A DNA stretch of 50,699 bases from Bradymonadia bacterium (GTDB taxonomy: Bacteria > Myxococcota_A > Bradymonadia > REDH01). Positions within the stretch are counted from its first letter, which is position 1, and every line of letters starts with the position of its first letter. The notes below the pieces were generated by a model. The model saw only the letters and a program-made list of their open reading frames with translations. It ran no database searches and was not told the DNA's origin. The translations under genes were made by a program, and so were the position numbers. The stretch is taken from NCBI GenBank assembly GCA_047610025.1, contig JBLFZA010000002.1:1-50699 (forward strand), given 5' to 3'. Of the stretch, positions 27,851 to 36,412 are shown piece by piece.

Positions 27851-30154
27851 ATGACCTCGCCTTCGCTCGTGTTCCACCGGATCATTCGACACCGCTGGGC
27901 TGTGCTCTTTCTCAGCGTCGCCTTCGCCGTCGGGCTTGGGTCCTTCACGAAACCAGAGATCGACACGTCACTGCGGATTTGGTTCCTCGACGATGACCCC
28001 GATGTGACGACCTACGATCGCTTCGTCGAGCGCTTCGAAGGGGACGAATTCGTGGTCTTCGCGATGACGTCGGACGATGTCTTCACAATCGAGGCCCTCA
28101 CCCGGGTGGAACGACTCGCCGGCGCGCTGGATGACCTCCCCGACGTTCTCCGCGTGAACAGCCTCACCCGAGCTGAGCACATGGTTCGGACCGACGGCGG
28201 CCTGTCTGTCACCGCCGTGGTCGACCTCGACGGCGCGACACCAGAGTCCCTCGCGCGCGCCCGCGAGGTCGTCCGCGCGGACCCGCTGCTTCGCACTTTG
28301 CTGACCAATGACGGGCGGACCACCGTTGTCGTAGCGGAGCATCGGCCGTTCGAAGACTTGGCGGACAAGGCGCGATTCGCTGCGAACGCGAGAGCCGCCG
28401 CGGAGATGGCGCTCGACGGTCAGCCCTTTCGTGCGGCCGGCAACGCGTTCATTGAAGAAGCCGTCCAGCGCTACACGTTTCGCGACCTTGGGATTCTTGC
28501 GCCGCTGACGGTCGTTGTCCTGGTGCTTGTGACGTTCGCGCTCTTTCGCAACTTCTGGTGCACCGTCGTCCCCTGCGCGGTCGTGCTGCTGACCTTGATC
28601 TCCGCTGTTGGACTCGCCGGCGTCTTCGGCGTGAAACTCAACATGATCACCACCATTGTGATTCCACTGACGATGGCCGTCGGGATTGCGGACAGCGTAC
28701 ATGTCATCGCCGGGTATCGGGAACGACTCGCCGCAGGTTCAGCCCGTGAACAAGCGCTGCATGACGCTTGGGTAGAACTCCTCTTCCCCTGCGTGGTCAC
28801 AACCGCGACGACCGCGATTGGGCTCTTTTCCCTGCTGGCAGCCTCTCTGCAACCGCTGCGGGAGTTCGGCTGGATGGGCGCGTCCACCGTTATCTTCGCG
28901 CTTTTTTATACGCTGGCGGTCGTTCCTGCGGTGTTCAGCCTCGTCGATCCTCCGACGCCCAAGGCCGCCAAGAGCACTGGTGGCTGGTTCGAATACGCGC
29001 TCAACGTCGTGGCCCGACTGTCTTGGCGACACCATCGCGTTGTTCTCGTCGGCGTGGTGCTGGGCCTCATCATCAGCGTGTTCGGTGCCCTCCGCATTTC
29101 GGTCGGCGCAGACTTCGGCGCATACTTCTTAGAGACGGACACGCTCTTTCAGGACATTCAGTTCATTGACCGGGAGCTTGGCGGCACCAGCTCGATCGAC
29201 GTCCTTGTAGAAGCCGATGATGTCCGAGAGCCGGAGGTCCTGCATCGCATCGAGCAGGCGGAACGTCTGCTGCTGCAGTTCGAGGCTATCGAAACCGTCG
29301 ACTCTCCCGCCACACTGGTCCGGACCCTTCACGAGCGTTGGACCGGCGATCCTAACCGCAACACAGTCCCCGAGACCCTGCCAGCGTGCGCACAGCTGCT
29401 GAGCCAGACCGAGGGCAACAGCTTCCACGAGCGACTCTTGGTCACCGACTATTCCGCAGGTCGGTTGAATGGGCGCGTGCGCTCTTCTCATATCCGAGAG
29501 CTCATCGATGGCCTACCCGCGCTCGAGCGGGAGCTCGACGAGCTCTTCGAGGGCGTCGGCACCGTCGCGGTCACCGGGGTGGGCAAGCTCATCGCGAACA
29601 TCGACGTCTACATCGTACAAAGCCAGATCCGTTCGTTCTTGATCGCGTTCATTTCTGTCGCGCTACTGCTCGGGTTCTTCTTTCGCTCCTCCCATATCGG
29701 CGCGTGGGCGCTGGTCCCGAATGCGCTGCCAATCGTCTTCGTGCTGGGGCTCATGGGCTGGGCGAAAATCCAGCTCGACATCGGCACCGTCATGGTCGCA
29801 TCGATTATGCTGGGGCTCATCGTCGATGACACCGTGCACTTTCTCGCTCGCTACCAACGGGAGTGGTTAGCAGCAGGCTGTCCTACCGACGAGGACGCGC
29901 GCGCGGAGGTCGCTCGGCGTACTGGAGTCGGCACGGGCCGCGCGCTGACGACGACATCGCTGATTCTCTCGTCCGCCTTCTTCCTCTCCCTCGCGGCGTC
30001 GTTTCAACCGAACGTAAACTTCGGTGTGATGTGCGGCATCGCTACTCTCATGGCGCTCACCTGCGACCTCGTCGCGCTACCGGCGGTTATTCGGGCGTTT
30101 CCTTTGAGGCCGCCACCTTCCGACGAAAGAGCCCGGCCGCCCGAGCGCTCGTGA
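27851..30154 (+). CDS. MMPL/RND-family lipid transporter
   Basis: Two repeats of TM bundle plus periplasmic loop; GIADSVH and GLIVDDTVHF motifs. Confidence 0.9.
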   Translation: MTSPSLVFHRIIRHRWAVLFLSVAFAVGLGSFTKPEIDTSLRIWFLDDDPDVTTYDRFVERFEGDEFVVFAMTSDDVFTIEALTRVERLAGALDDLPDVLRVNSLTRAEHMVRTDGGLSVTAVVDLDGATPESLARAREVVRADPLLRTLLTNDGRTTVVVAEHRPFEDLADKARFAANARAAAEMALDGQPFRAAGNAFIEEAVQRYTFRDLGILAPLTVVVLVLVTFALFRNFWCTVVPCAVVLLTLISAVGLAGVFGVKLNMITTIVIPLTMAVGIADSVHVIAGYRERLAAGSAREQALHDAWVELLFPCVVTTATTAIGLFSLLAASLQPLREFGWMGASTVIFALFYTLAVVPAVFSLVDPPTPKAAKSTGGWFEYALNVVARLSWRHHRVVLVGVVLGLIISVFGALRISVGADFGAYFLETDTLFQDIQFIDRELGGTSSIDVLVEADDVREPEVLHRIEQAERLLLQFEAIETVDSPATLVRTLHERWTGDPNRNTVPETLPACAQLLSQTEGNSFHERLLVTDYSAGRLNGRVRSSHIRELIDGLPALERELDELFEGVGTVAVTGVGKLIANIDVYIVQSQIRSFLIAFISVALLLGFFFRSSHIGAWALVPNALPIVFVLGLMGWAKIQLDIGTVMVASIMLGLIVDDTVHFLARYQREWLAAGCPTDEDARAEVARRTGVGTGRALTTTSLILSSAFFLSLAASFQPNVNFGVMCGIATLMALTCDLVALPAVIRAFPLRPPPSDERARPPERS

Positions 30155-30962
30155 GGGTTGTCCCACCCATGATGAGGACGGCTCCCAGCAGACTCATCGC
30201 ATGAACGGGCTCAGCGAAGAGCGCAACGCCCCACACGAAGCCAAGCACGATCTGAACGTACCCCACGGCCATCGCGACGCCCGCTGGAGCGAGGTGCAGC
30301 GCACGCGTCATCAGCACCTGCGCGGCCTGGGTCGAGACACCGATCCCCAACATCAGGGCCCACTCTAACGGCGTGGGCCACACCCAATAGTAGATGGCAA
30401 AGGGCAAGATGAGAGGGAAGCCGACGATGGGGAAAATCCCGACAATGACCAAGGGTTGATCGGTCGCTCGCAAGCGGCGGACGGTCACGTAGGCCACGGC
30501 TGCAGCGAGCGCGCCTACGACCGCGACACCCGTCGCGACGGGATCAAGTGGGTCGACCGAAGAGCCAAACAAGAAGGCCGGACGCGCGACGGCGACGACT
30601 CCAATGATGCTCAGAGCAATGCCGGCCGCCTCCGTGGGGCCGATGCGTTCGCGAAGCATCATGGCAGCAAGAAGCGCTGTAAAGACGGGGCTGGAGAACT
30701 GGATCGCCTTGGCGTCGGCGAGTGGCAAGTTGTCGAGAGCGTAGAAGAAGCAACCAAGCCCGAGCAGCCCCGATAGAGCGCGGAGGAGGAGCCGCCGCCG
30801 ATCGACCCCAAGGGGCGAAAGCCCCAGCCTGCGTATGGCGACGAGACTGAGCACGAGGGTGACGGCGAGCCGCGCGAACACCAACTGAACCACTGGCAGG
30901 CGCTCTCCCCCAGCCTTGACGCACACCGCCATAGCGCTGAACAACAGCGCGGCGCCAAGCAT
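30087..30962 (-). CDS. DMT/EamA family transporter
   Basis: About 10 TM segments in two EamA repeats; SPVFTALLAAMMLRERI. Confidence 0.9.
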   Translation of the reverse strand: MLGAALLFSAMAVCVKAGGERLPVVQLVFARLAVTLVLSLVAIRRLGLSPLGVDRRRLLLRALSGLLGLGCFFYALDNLPLADAKAIQFSSPVFTALLAAMMLRERIGPTEAAGIALSIIGVVAVARPAFLFGSSVDPLDPVATGVAVVGALAAAVAYVTVRRLRATDQPLVIVGIFPIVGFPLILPFAIYYWVWPTPLEWALMLGIGVSTQAAQVLMTRALHLAPAGVAMAVGYVQIVLGFVWGVALFAEPVHAMSLLGAVLIMGGTTLTSARAAGLFRRKVAASKETPE

Positions 30963-31046
30963 GAGCCGAAGACCGGTGCGAACATCGGAGACCGAGTTAC
31001 TTTGCAGGTTAGCGCTCAGCGAAGCTCACAGTTCAAAGAGAAAGAA

Positions 31047-31661
31047 ATGGAAGTGCCAACCAAGGCCCAGGAAATTCTAACTTACTGGTACGGACCACGC
31101 GATTCGCCGGAGTACCCGCGCAAGCAGTTCGGAGTTTGGTTCGGGCACGACCCGGCTGTTGATGTCGATCTGACGGAGCGATTCGGAGAGACGCTTCGAG
31201 ATGCGGCGGCGGCTCTGGACGATGGCAGCGCATGGACGGTGTCTCGTGAAGGCCGGCTCGCCAGAATCCTACTCTTCGACCAGCTGTCTCGGAACATCTA
31301 TCGGGGCAAAGCGCAGATGTACGGGATGGACGTGGAGGCGCTTGATCTTGCCATCGAAGGCATCTGGCTTGGAGAGGACAGCGACGCCTTAGCGATGGAG
31401 GCCATGTTCTTGTACATGCCGCTCATGCACGCCGAGTCGATCGCGATTCAGCGCTGGTGCGTGCGCCTCTTCGCGGCCCTGCTCGAGAAGGTACGAGGTA
31501 GCGCCGATGAGAAGACGATCGCCGGGAATGTCGCGTACGCGATCCAGCATCGGGACATCGTCGAGAAGTTCGGTCGATTTCCGCACCGCAATATCCTGTT
31601 GCAACGCGAAACGACCGCCGCTGAAGCGCGCTTCTTGATGACACCAGGTTCGTCGTTCTAG
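31047..31661 (+). CDS. DUF924 family protein
   Basis: LARILLFDQLSRNIYRG, FLYMPLMHAE, HRDIVEKFGRFPHRN. Confidence 0.92.
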   Translation: MEVPTKAQEILTYWYGPRDSPEYPRKQFGVWFGHDPAVDVDLTERFGETLRDAAAALDDGSAWTVSREGRLARILLFDQLSRNIYRGKAQMYGMDVEALDLAIEGIWLGEDSDALAMEAMFLYMPLMHAESIAIQRWCVRLFAALLEKVRGSADEKTIAGNVAYAIQHRDIVEKFGRFPHRNILLQRETTAAEARFLMTPGSSF

Positions 31662-31714
31662 GCGATGAAGGACCCGCCGTCGCGGGCTCTCCGCAGCGGT
31701 CGGCGCCGAAGGGC

Positions 31715-31753
31715 TGTCTCATTTCGCACAGCTGGGGTGTCTCAATGGAGACA
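31715..31753. promoter_or_regulatory. Tandem TGT-N10-ACA palindromes, candidate transcription-factor (sigma54 activator) binding sites
   Basis: TGTCTCATTTCGCACA (31715-31730) and TGTCTCAATGGAGACA (31738-31753); the starts are 23 bp apart. Confidence 0.5.
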
Positions 31754-31801
31754 GGGGGCCGGCGAGCGGAATCTAGCGTGGTTGTGTCGCGGGGATCGGT
31801 A

Positions 31802-31859
31802 CAAAAACTACGACAGCCCGTTCCATGCTCCCCCCCCGAGCAGCTCTGAAACGGGCCGT
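31802..31859 (-). terminator. Intrinsic terminator-like hairpin of candidate sRNA A
   Basis: Stem ACGGCCCGTTTCA / TGGAACGGGCTGT followed by CGTAGTTTTT. Confidence 0.6.
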
Positions 31860-31931
31860 TACGTCGAACTCCGCATCCCCCGACACGGAGAGGCTTGTTG
31901 GCGCGGTAAAACCGCTAGAAGCCGTCGACTA
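31802..31931 (-). ncRNA. Candidate sigma54-driven sRNA A (~130 nt, three stem-loops, G-rich loops)
   Basis: Lies downstream of the sigma54 motif. SL1 is 31892-31923. SL2 is a 9-bp stem with a GGGG loop (31869-31890). SL3 is 13+5 bp with a G7 loop, followed by U5. Four G-U pairs form only on the minus strand. Confidence 0.6.
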
Positions 31932-31941
31932 CCAACACTAC

Positions 31942-31957
31942 TGCGAGCACCGTGCCA
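31942..31957 (-). promoter_or_regulatory. Sigma54 (-24/-12) promoter motif
   Basis: Minus-strand TGGCACGGTGCTCGCA matches TGGCACG-N4-TTGCA with exact GG/GC spacing and one mismatch. Confidence 0.7.
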
Positions 31958-32224
31958 CCATTCAGTGGACTGGATCGTAAAGGCAGATTCGTCGGGTCTT
32001 CCTCAGTCGTCATCGTGGCATCTCCGCACGACGCGGGGGCCCAGCGTCATGTGGCCGTTACGTCCATGATGTGTTGGAGGTGACCACACCGGAGGTCGTC
32101 GCGCGTCTGCCGCCCTACCTCTCCAGAGTCTCTGACATCATGCGCGAATTGTACGCGGCAACAACTGCCGTAGGGCAGTTTGCGCCGGCGCCAATCGCCG
32201 AGCCCGCCGAGCAATCGGACGGAC

Positions 32225-32269
32225 AAAAAGGCAGAACCCGGCCGCGATGAATGATCGTGGCCGGGTCCT
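32225..32269 (-). terminator. Intrinsic terminator of candidate sRNA B
   Basis: AGGACCCGGCC-a-CGAT-cattc-ATCG-c-GGCCGGGTTCT followed by GCCTTTTT on the minus strand. Confidence 0.65.
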
Positions 32270-32512
32270 TGTTCGCTGAGAGTGGTTCCGCTAGCTGCCA
32301 ATCCCCCCCAGGGTCGGCGATAGCGATGCAGGTTGCCCTGCGTACGTACGGGCTTTTGCTCTTGTGGACGTACCCCCCAGTCCGTCCACTGTCGCTCTAG
32401 CTCGTTGTTTTGGAACTCGTTTAAAATCCCCCCTTTTAGTCGTACTCCATTCTCTCTCAGTCGCCTCGTGCCCTCTCCCCCCGGTGAGCGCATTCGGCAT
32501 CGTTGCGAACAA
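32225..32512 (-). ncRNA. Candidate sigma54-driven sRNA B (~290 nt, four G-loop hairpins plus terminator)
   Basis: G6/G6/G6/G7 runs (plus-strand C runs 32477-82, 32428-33, 32373-78, 32303-09) each sit at a hairpin apex. Bounded by a sigma54 motif and a terminator. Confidence 0.55.
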
Positions 32513-32522
32513 CCCTGCACTT

Positions 32523-32538
32523 TGCGACAGTTGTGCCA
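32523..32538 (-). promoter_or_regulatory. Sigma54 (-24/-12) promoter motif
   Basis: Minus-strand TGGCACAACTGTCGCA with exact spacing; it has the same TCGCA -12 variant as the promoter at 31942. Confidence 0.65.
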
Positions 32539-32790
32539 AGATCGGCATGACCAAAGATCTGGCCGCGATCTATCTCTCGCGACGGGTCGACTTAAGAGTT
32601 TACGAATCCCCAAGAGAGCGGCGACATCTGCAAATGCTGCGCACGTCGCCCTGTCGCTTATCTTTCGCTACGCTCGCCACGCATGGCCACTCACCACCGA
32701 CCCACGACGCCCGTGTCTTCGACCTACGCCTACCCATCGGCACTCACTACCCGGCATTCCTTTCCTAGTGACCGCGGCCACGCTGCACAC

Positions 32791-33690
32791 GTGACGGGAT
32801 TTGCGTCCTCCGCGATCGCGGCTTTGGCGCTGGTCGTGGCATCCCTGTTGATGGTTCCAAGCGCTACGGCTGGCCCGTGGGTCGCCGAACCCGGCCACGG
32901 GTATCTCCAACTCAGCGGGACATCCTTCCGCTCCGACGACGGCGTACGCGGCTCAACGGCTGGCGGCTTTCGATACAGCAAGACGACGCTCTCGCTGTAC
33001 TCCGAGCTCGGCCTCGTGGACGGCCTACAGTTCACCTTCGAGTTGCCCTTTGCGCTGGCCCGCAACGAACAGGTCGGCGGAGACGACGTGTACTTCGCAC
33101 GAGAGATTGGCGACGTACGACTCGCGCTCGATGGCCGAGTCACGAGGCGAGTCCCGCTCACCTTCGGTGTCGAAGCCCGACTTCCTGGCTACAGGGACCC
33201 GTCTCAGCAGTTGGGTGCCACTGGGGTGGATGACGATCAGTTCTTACTGATCCCGAGCAGCTGGTTTCCTGCCATCGGAGACAACTCGATCGACGTCATT
33301 CCTCGTGTTCAGATCGGCCACGGGTTCGCGCGAGTCCCGATGTGGGTGCAGGCGTCGGTTGGATACAGGTTCCGATCCTGTCAACGACACAACTTCGGAG
33401 CGGGATGCCGGGATCTCCGGGACAGCCTCAGCATCAACGCGGGCGCCGGCGTCTTCGTTGTCCAACGGCTGGTCTATACCGAGCTTTACGTGTCCGGCGA
33501 ACTGATCACCCAGCCAGAGTCGGACCGTACGATCGCGACGCCTCAGTTCATGTACGTGCAGGGCAAGGTCTCGTCGCTTCTTGGGTTCGACTCTCCGTTC
33601 GCGGTGACCGCCGGTGTCGGTGGCATCCCCCTGGGACAAGATACCCAAGGTGGCTGGGACGTGACCGGCGCAATCAGTCTCAAGTTCTAG
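32791..33690 (+). CDS. Putative outer-membrane beta-barrel protein
   Basis: Signal peptide ending ATA-GPW; alternating beta-strand pattern; C-terminal ISLKF. Start (GTG 32791) uncertain. Confidence 0.7.
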   Translation: MTGFASSAIAALALVVASLLMVPSATAGPWVAEPGHGYLQLSGTSFRSDDGVRGSTAGGFRYSKTTLSLYSELGLVDGLQFTFELPFALARNEQVGGDDVYFAREIGDVRLALDGRVTRRVPLTFGVEARLPGYRDPSQQLGATGVDDDQFLLIPSSWFPAIGDNSIDVIPRVQIGHGFARVPMWVQASVGYRFRSCQRHNFGAGCRDLRDSLSINAGAGVFVVQRLVYTELYVSGELITQPESDRTIATPQFMYVQGKVSSLLGFDSPFAVTAGVGGIPLGQDTQGGWDVTGAISLKF

Positions 33691-33734
33691 TCGACGCGCA
33701 GCCCTCTCTCTCCTCATCTCTCGCTCGAACTCGT

Positions 33735-34748
33735 ATGGCCCACATCAAGAAGACCCGCGGTTGGGAGATTCCCGAGTCGCAAGTCACCCCGAAGTCCGTC
33801 TACCTAAACCGCCGCGAGCTGCTGCGCTCGATGGGCCTGGCGAGCACCGCGCTCGGCACCTCCGTCGGAGTCAACGCGTGTGGGCTCGATACGAAGAACG
33901 TCGACATCGCCGTCGGCGAGAGTCCACTCCTGACTCCGAGGGCGTCCTCACTCCGCAACGCGTTCCCCGTGCCGCTCAACGACCTCTACGAGGTTCCGGA
34001 ACGTGCGATCAGCGAACAGTTCGATGCGTTGAGCTACAACAACTACTACGAGTTCATCGTCGCCAAGGAGCAGGTCTGGCAACGTGTAACGAACTTTGAG
34101 CCCGAGCCTTGGACGTTACGAATCCACGGCCAAGTGGAGCAAGAGATTACTCTAGGGCTCGAAGACATCATGCGGCGCTTCGCCTTCGAAGAGCGCATCT
34201 ATCGACACCGATGCGTCGAGCGATGGGCGATGACCGTGCCATGGAGTGGCATACCGCTGCGCGACGTGCTCGCCTTGGCCGCGCCACTATCGAGCGCCAC
34301 TCACGTGCGCTTTGTAACGCTCGACCGTCGCGAACAACAGCCTGGGCGCGACACTCGCCCCAATGACCCGTGGCCCTACTTTGAAGGTCTAACCATCGAA
34401 GAAGCGGATCTTGATCTGTGCTTCCTAGTGCTCGGCATGTACGGCGAACCTCTGCCGGCCCAAAACGGTGCACCTCTACGCCTCGCGGTACCTTGGAAGT
34501 ACGGCTACAAGAGCATCAAGGCGATCGTGGAGATTGAGCTGGTGAGCGAGCAACCTTCGACGTTCTGGAACACGCTCAACTCCCGCGAATACGGATTCTA
34601 CTCCAACGTCGACCCCGGCAAACCTCACCCCCGCTGGAGCCAGGCCGAGGAGTGGCTTATCCCGGACCGTGAAAACGTAGTGCCCACACAGCTGTACAAT
34701 GGGTATGAGGAGTACGTCGCCGACCTCTACACAGGTGACGAAGACTGA
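33735..34748 (+). CDS. msrP: Methionine-sulfoxide reductase molybdoenzyme catalytic subunit
   Basis: VTPKSVYLNRRELL Tat signal, YNNYYEF, RHRCVERW, QNGAPLRL, PWKYGYKSIK, HPRWSQA, YNGY. Confidence 0.95.
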   Translation: MAHIKKTRGWEIPESQVTPKSVYLNRRELLRSMGLASTALGTSVGVNACGLDTKNVDIAVGESPLLTPRASSLRNAFPVPLNDLYEVPERAISEQFDALSYNNYYEFIVAKEQVWQRVTNFEPEPWTLRIHGQVEQEITLGLEDIMRRFAFEERIYRHRCVERWAMTVPWSGIPLRDVLALAAPLSSATHVRFVTLDRREQQPGRDTRPNDPWPYFEGLTIEEADLDLCFLVLGMYGEPLPAQNGAPLRLAVPWKYGYKSIKAIVEIELVSEQPSTFWNTLNSREYGFYSNVDPGKPHPRWSQAEEWLIPDRENVVPTQLYNGYEEYVADLYTGDED

Positions 34749-34791
34749 CAGCGCCGGTCGTGCGCCCGCGCTGTCTCATCGGCAGACGGAC

Positions 34792-35856
34792 ATGACGAAG
34801 ACAGACGACACTCGAATCCAACGACTTCGGCCGCTGCTTCCTCCGGCGATACTGCTCGAAGAGCTGCCGTGCTCCGATGCGGCAGCGGACGTCGTACAAC
34901 TGGCGAGGACGCAAGCCGAGGCCATCATCACGGGCGACGATGACCGATTGCTGTGTGTGGTTGGCCCCTGCTCGATGCATGACCCCACCGCAGCACTCGA
35001 GTACGCCGCAAGACTGAAAACCGCCGCGTCTCAGTGGAGTGATGCTCTCCTCATCGTGATGCGTGTCTACTTCGAGAAGCCACGGACGACGGTCGGCTGG
35101 AAGGGTCACATCAACGACCCACATCTCGATGAGAGTTACGATATCAACCACGGGCTGCGAAGCGCTCGAGCGCTTTTGGTCGGGCTCGCAGGAATCGGCG
35201 TTCCTGTTGGCACGGAGTACCTCGACACGATCAGCCCGCAGTTCCTATCGGACCTTGTGGCTTGGGGGGCCATAGGGGCCCGCACAACGGAATCGCAGGT
35301 ACATCGAGAGCTCGCGAGCGGGCTCTCAATGCCCGTCGGGTTCAAAAATGGGACGGGGGGAAACATCAGAATCGCTGTCGACGCGATTCGGTCCGCGAAG
35401 CACCCGCACTGTTTCTTATCGGTGACCAAACAAGGAATCTCGGCGATTGTCGAGACGCGCGGCAACACCGCGTGCCACGTGATTCTGAGAGGTGGCTCGG
35501 AGGGGCCAAACTACGACGATGCGACGGTCGCACGTGCGACCTCGATGCTCGCTGAGTCAGGGCTGCCGGCGCACGTCATGATCGACTGCAGCCACGGCAA
35601 CAGCGGGAAAGACCCCGAACGACAGCCCGAAGTCGCCAAAGCGGTGGCGGCTCGCATTGCCAGGGGCGAGCGCGGCGTAATGGGGGTGATGTTGGAGAGC
35701 CATCTCGTCGGCGGACGTCAAGACTGCACCGATCCGGCGGAGCTCACCTATGGACAGAGTATTACAGACGGCTGTCTCGCGTGGGAGCAGACCGTTCCCG
35801 TGCTACAACACTTGGCCGACGCCGTTCGCGCCCGTCGTGCTCGGAGCGAAGTCTAA
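34792..35856 (+). CDS. aroG: 3-deoxy-7-phosphoheptulonate (DAHP) synthase, class I-alpha
   Basis: VVGPCS, MRVYFEKPRTTVGWKG, IGARTTESQVHRE, DCSHGNS, YGQSITDGC. The isoenzyme (aroG/F/H) cannot be determined from sequence here. Confidence 0.93.
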   Translation: MTKTDDTRIQRLRPLLPPAILLEELPCSDAAADVVQLARTQAEAIITGDDDRLLCVVGPCSMHDPTAALEYAARLKTAASQWSDALLIVMRVYFEKPRTTVGWKGHINDPHLDESYDINHGLRSARALLVGLAGIGVPVGTEYLDTISPQFLSDLVAWGAIGARTTESQVHRELASGLSMPVGFKNGTGGNIRIAVDAIRSAKHPHCFLSVTKQGISAIVETRGNTACHVILRGGSEGPNYDDATVARATSMLAESGLPAHVMIDCSHGNSGKDPERQPEVAKAVAARIARGERGVMGVMLESHLVGGRQDCTDPAELTYGQSITDGCLAWEQTVPVLQHLADAVRARRARSEV

Positions 35857-35961
35857 CGCGGCTGGTCGTCGCTGGGCGAGCCCGTGGTCGTCTCGGTGCG
35901 CACTCGTTCAATGAGCCTCGCGAGACCGCGCTTCCGGTCCGCAGACCCGACACTGCGAGCC

Positions 35962-36007
35962 AAAAACGACGAGAGGGGCCGCGCTTCAAAGCGCGACCCC
36001 TCTCATC
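35962..36007 (-). terminator. Intrinsic terminator downstream of the Cys-repeat genes
   Basis: GAGAGGGGTCGCGCTT / AAGCGCGGCCCCTCTC stem followed by GTCGTTTTT on the minus strand. Confidence 0.75.
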
Positions 36008-36020
36008 AGCCTTCGCAGAC

Positions 36021-36323
36021 CTAGCGCTGGCCGCAATCGTTGCAGTCCGAACCGAACTCGCAGATGTCGTACACCGAGCCGGGGCCGCCGTCGTCACACT
36101 CGTTGTCGTTCGACGAAACGCACGAGTTGTTGCAGATGCGCGTACCGCAATCGGCGCAATCTGTGCCGAGACCGCAGATGTCATACAGCGAGCCGGGGCC
36201 GCCGTCGTCACACTCGGTGTCGTTCGCCGAAGCGCACGAGTTATCACACTGTGCCGAAACCGGCGCTGCCACGAGAGCGAGAGCGCCCGTCATGGCGAAT
36301 GCAGCGAGGAGAGACTTAAACAT
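36021..36323 (-). CDS. Small secreted protein with two 37-aa six-Cys repeats
   Basis: Signal peptide MFKSLLAAFAMTGALALVAAPVSA, then two CxxxC...CDDGGPGS.Y..C..G.DC.DCG.R units. Confidence 0.85.
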   Translation of the reverse strand: MFKSLLAAFAMTGALALVAAPVSAQCDNSCASANDTECDDGGPGSLYDICGLGTDCADCGTRICNNSCVSSNDNECDDGGPGSVYDICEFGSDCNDCGQR

Positions 36324-36351
36324 AATGGAACCGTTGTTGTTGTTGATGCAC

Positions 36352-36378
36352 TGACGAGTCTCGAGAAGAGACTCGTCA
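36352..36378. repeat. Perfect 11-bp inverted repeat between the two Cys-repeat genes
   Basis: TGACGAGTCTC-gagaa-GAGACTCGTCA. Confidence 0.8.
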
Positions 36379-36412
36379 CCTTGCCCGAGATGCTCGGGCA
36401 AGGGAAAGTTGG

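Noticed and set aside
30087-30154. Convergent 3' overlap between the MMPL and DMT genes
   Set aside because: Short tail-to-tail overlaps are common, and both tails lack conserved-looking sequence.
31665-32794. ORFs in the gap (31665-32069, 32047-32613, 32333-32794, 32364-32768)
   Set aside because: They have no motifs, atypical composition and no clear RBS; the promoter, hairpin and terminator layout explains the region better.
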